The position numbers and the translations under genes were made by a program. The notes under the pieces were generated by a model that saw nothing but the letters and a program-made list of their open reading frames with translations, did not search any database and had not been told where the DNA came from. From the IMG/VR virus record IMGVR_UViG_3300025652_000516, positions 1 to 24,706 of that record: 24,706 nucleotides of DNA; one strand, 5' to 3'. Source of the stretch: a virus. Its lineage: Duplodnaviria; Caudoviricetes. Of the stretch, positions 23,582 through 24,706 are shown one piece after another. Each line of letters starts with the position of its first letter. The first letter of the stretch is position 1.

Positions 23582-24508
23582 CTATCTTCTGCTTAAATAT
23601 GCACCCATCTTAGCACTTATAGATGACATTAAATTCGTAGCTCTAGTTTCTTGACCTGACTGTCCTGGTTGGCGTTCACTATCACCTTGCTGCTCTTCCT
23701 CATCTCCAATAGTATTAGAGTCGTACTTTTCTACAAGGTCTTCTAGCAGTTTAAACGCTGCGTCTTTATCTCCATCTTTTAGTGCAGATCTAATATCTTC
23801 AACATCATCAGGAGGTAATATAAGTTCTCCACCTGTAGCCTCACCAATCTTCTCACCATCTTGAACCATATCAATAGGATTGCTATCATGGTCAAACTCG
23901 CCAGGAGTTACTCCACCATCTTCAGAGTCTATAGATCCACCTTCCTTCATTGGTTTACTAACTATTGAACTTACACCACTAGCAATATCTTCAACACCTC
24001 CAAATATATTTTGAACTCCTGCAGATTTTTCTGCTTTAATTCCTTCAAGCTCTTGTCCTGCAATCTCAGCCTTTCTATCACCTACAGCCTTTTGTTCAGT
24101 AGCTAAGTTTTGCATAGCCTTAGTCTTAGCATCTTGCTGCATACCTAAAAGTTCTGTTCTTTGCTTACCAGCCTGAGCTTCTAAAGATTGAACACCTGCT
24201 AAAGCGTTTCTAGGATCTTTAGATAAAGCACCCATTGCAGAAGCTCTATCAGCAGCTTGCTGACCTTGCATCTGTTCTATGTAGTTTTGGTCTATAGGTT
24301 GATCAGCCATTTTTTGAGTAGCACTACTAACTTTAGTTTCTAGTCTGCTTTTATCAAAAGCTGCTTCAGCTTTCTTAGCTCTACTAGCTTGTATACCACC
24401 ATATATAGATTTACCTAGACCTATAGCTGCAGTAGCTGCACCAATAAAAGCCTTAGGTGTTTTCTTATTTTTTTTATATGATATTTTAGGTTTAACTCTT
24501 CGTGCCAT
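23582..24508 (-). CDS. Probable DNA pilot/ejection protein (308 aa)
   Basis: Gly/Ala-rich hydrophobic segment (AFIGAATAAIGLGKSIYGGIQA), Ala/Gln-rich coiled coil and a second GxxxG-rich segment; follows the tail gene. Confidence 0.7.
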   Translation of the reverse strand: MARRVKPKISYKKNKKTPKAFIGAATAAIGLGKSIYGGIQASRAKKAEAAFDKSRLETKVSSATQKMADQPIDQNYIEQMQGQQAADRASAMGALSKDPRNALAGVQSLEAQAGKQRTELLGMQQDAKTKAMQNLATEQKAVGDRKAEIAGQELEGIKAEKSAGVQNIFGGVEDIASGVSSIVSKPMKEGGSIDSEDGGVTPGEFDHDSNPIDMVQDGEKIGEATGGELILPPDDVEDIRSALKDGDKDAAFKLLEDLVEKYDSNTIGDEEEQQGDSERQPGQSGQETRATNLMSSISAKMGAYLSRR

Positions 24509-24523
24509 CTTATTTAATTTTTA

Positions 24524-24541
24524 CAAATATACTAATTATTT
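24524..24541 (-). promoter_or_regulatory. Bacteroidota -7 promoter element for the ejection-protein operon
   Basis: Minus strand AAATAATtagTATATTTGtaaaa, 15 nt before the 24508 ATG; nearly identical to the erf promoter. Confidence 0.65.
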
Positions 24542-24706
24542 TGTTATTATTTTGTTGCTAAGTTCACTCTTGTCTACATCTGCATTTGCAGCGTACAAGT
24601 TAAACTTACTCTTTGATTGATTTAAGTTAGTCGCAAGTATAGCTCTCATGTAACTACCCTTCATTCTCTCTCCTTCTATATTACCACTCTTAACAACAAA
24701 TAAAAA
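24536..24706 (-). CDS. C-terminus of a probable tail stabilisation/muzzle (tail tubular B-like) protein, partial
   Basis: ...FLFVVKSGNIEGERMKGSYMRAIL...FNLYAANADVDKSELSNKIITK*. The E..(M/L)(K/R)G.Y pattern and the position upstream of ejection genes are typical of podovirus-like tails. Confidence 0.55.
   Translation of the reverse strand, partial: FLFVVKSGNIEGERMKGSYMRAILATNLNQSKSKFNLYAANADVDKSELSNKIITK

Noticed and set aside
1-24706. Stop-codon reassignment, tRNAs, introns/inteins, integrase or transposase
   Set aside because: Genes read fully in the standard code and end in TAA, TAG or TGA; DnaB and PhoH are of normal length; no cloverleaf or mobile-element motifs were seen by eye.

Overview
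AT-rich fragment of a tailed dsDNA phage genome in the standard genetic code. The host is very probably Bacteroidota (likely Flavobacteriia): TAnnTTTG -7 promoter boxes are present, and start codons have A-rich leaders rather than Shine-Dalgarno sites. The + strand (1-9023) is a recombination/replication/auxiliary module: ERF annealase, RecE-like PD-(D/E)XK exonuclease, HTH, SSB-like protein, replication protein, DnaB helicase, Nmad1/DUF1599, two further nucleases, PhoH and many small ORFs. It converges at ~9020-9280 with a - strand virion module: the end of a tail stabilisation/muzzle-like gene, then three probable ejection proteins of 308, 527 and 4231 aa. Main observations: (1) a candidate ~75-nt sRNA at the convergence point, with its own promoter, 5' hairpin and terminator, whose unpaired middle is complementary (only G:U wobbles) to the translation starts of the ERF and replication-protein genes; (2) the 4231-aa polyvalent protein is divided by six [KR]FSL motifs that fall at apparent domain boundaries, and it carries ART-like and several degenerate enzyme domains; (3) a stand-alone 53-aa protein resembling the redox-active C-terminal tail of ribonucleotide reductase; (4) two structured intergenic elements and two unannotated membrane micropeptides. 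All family assignments come from recognising motifs by eye, not from database searches.
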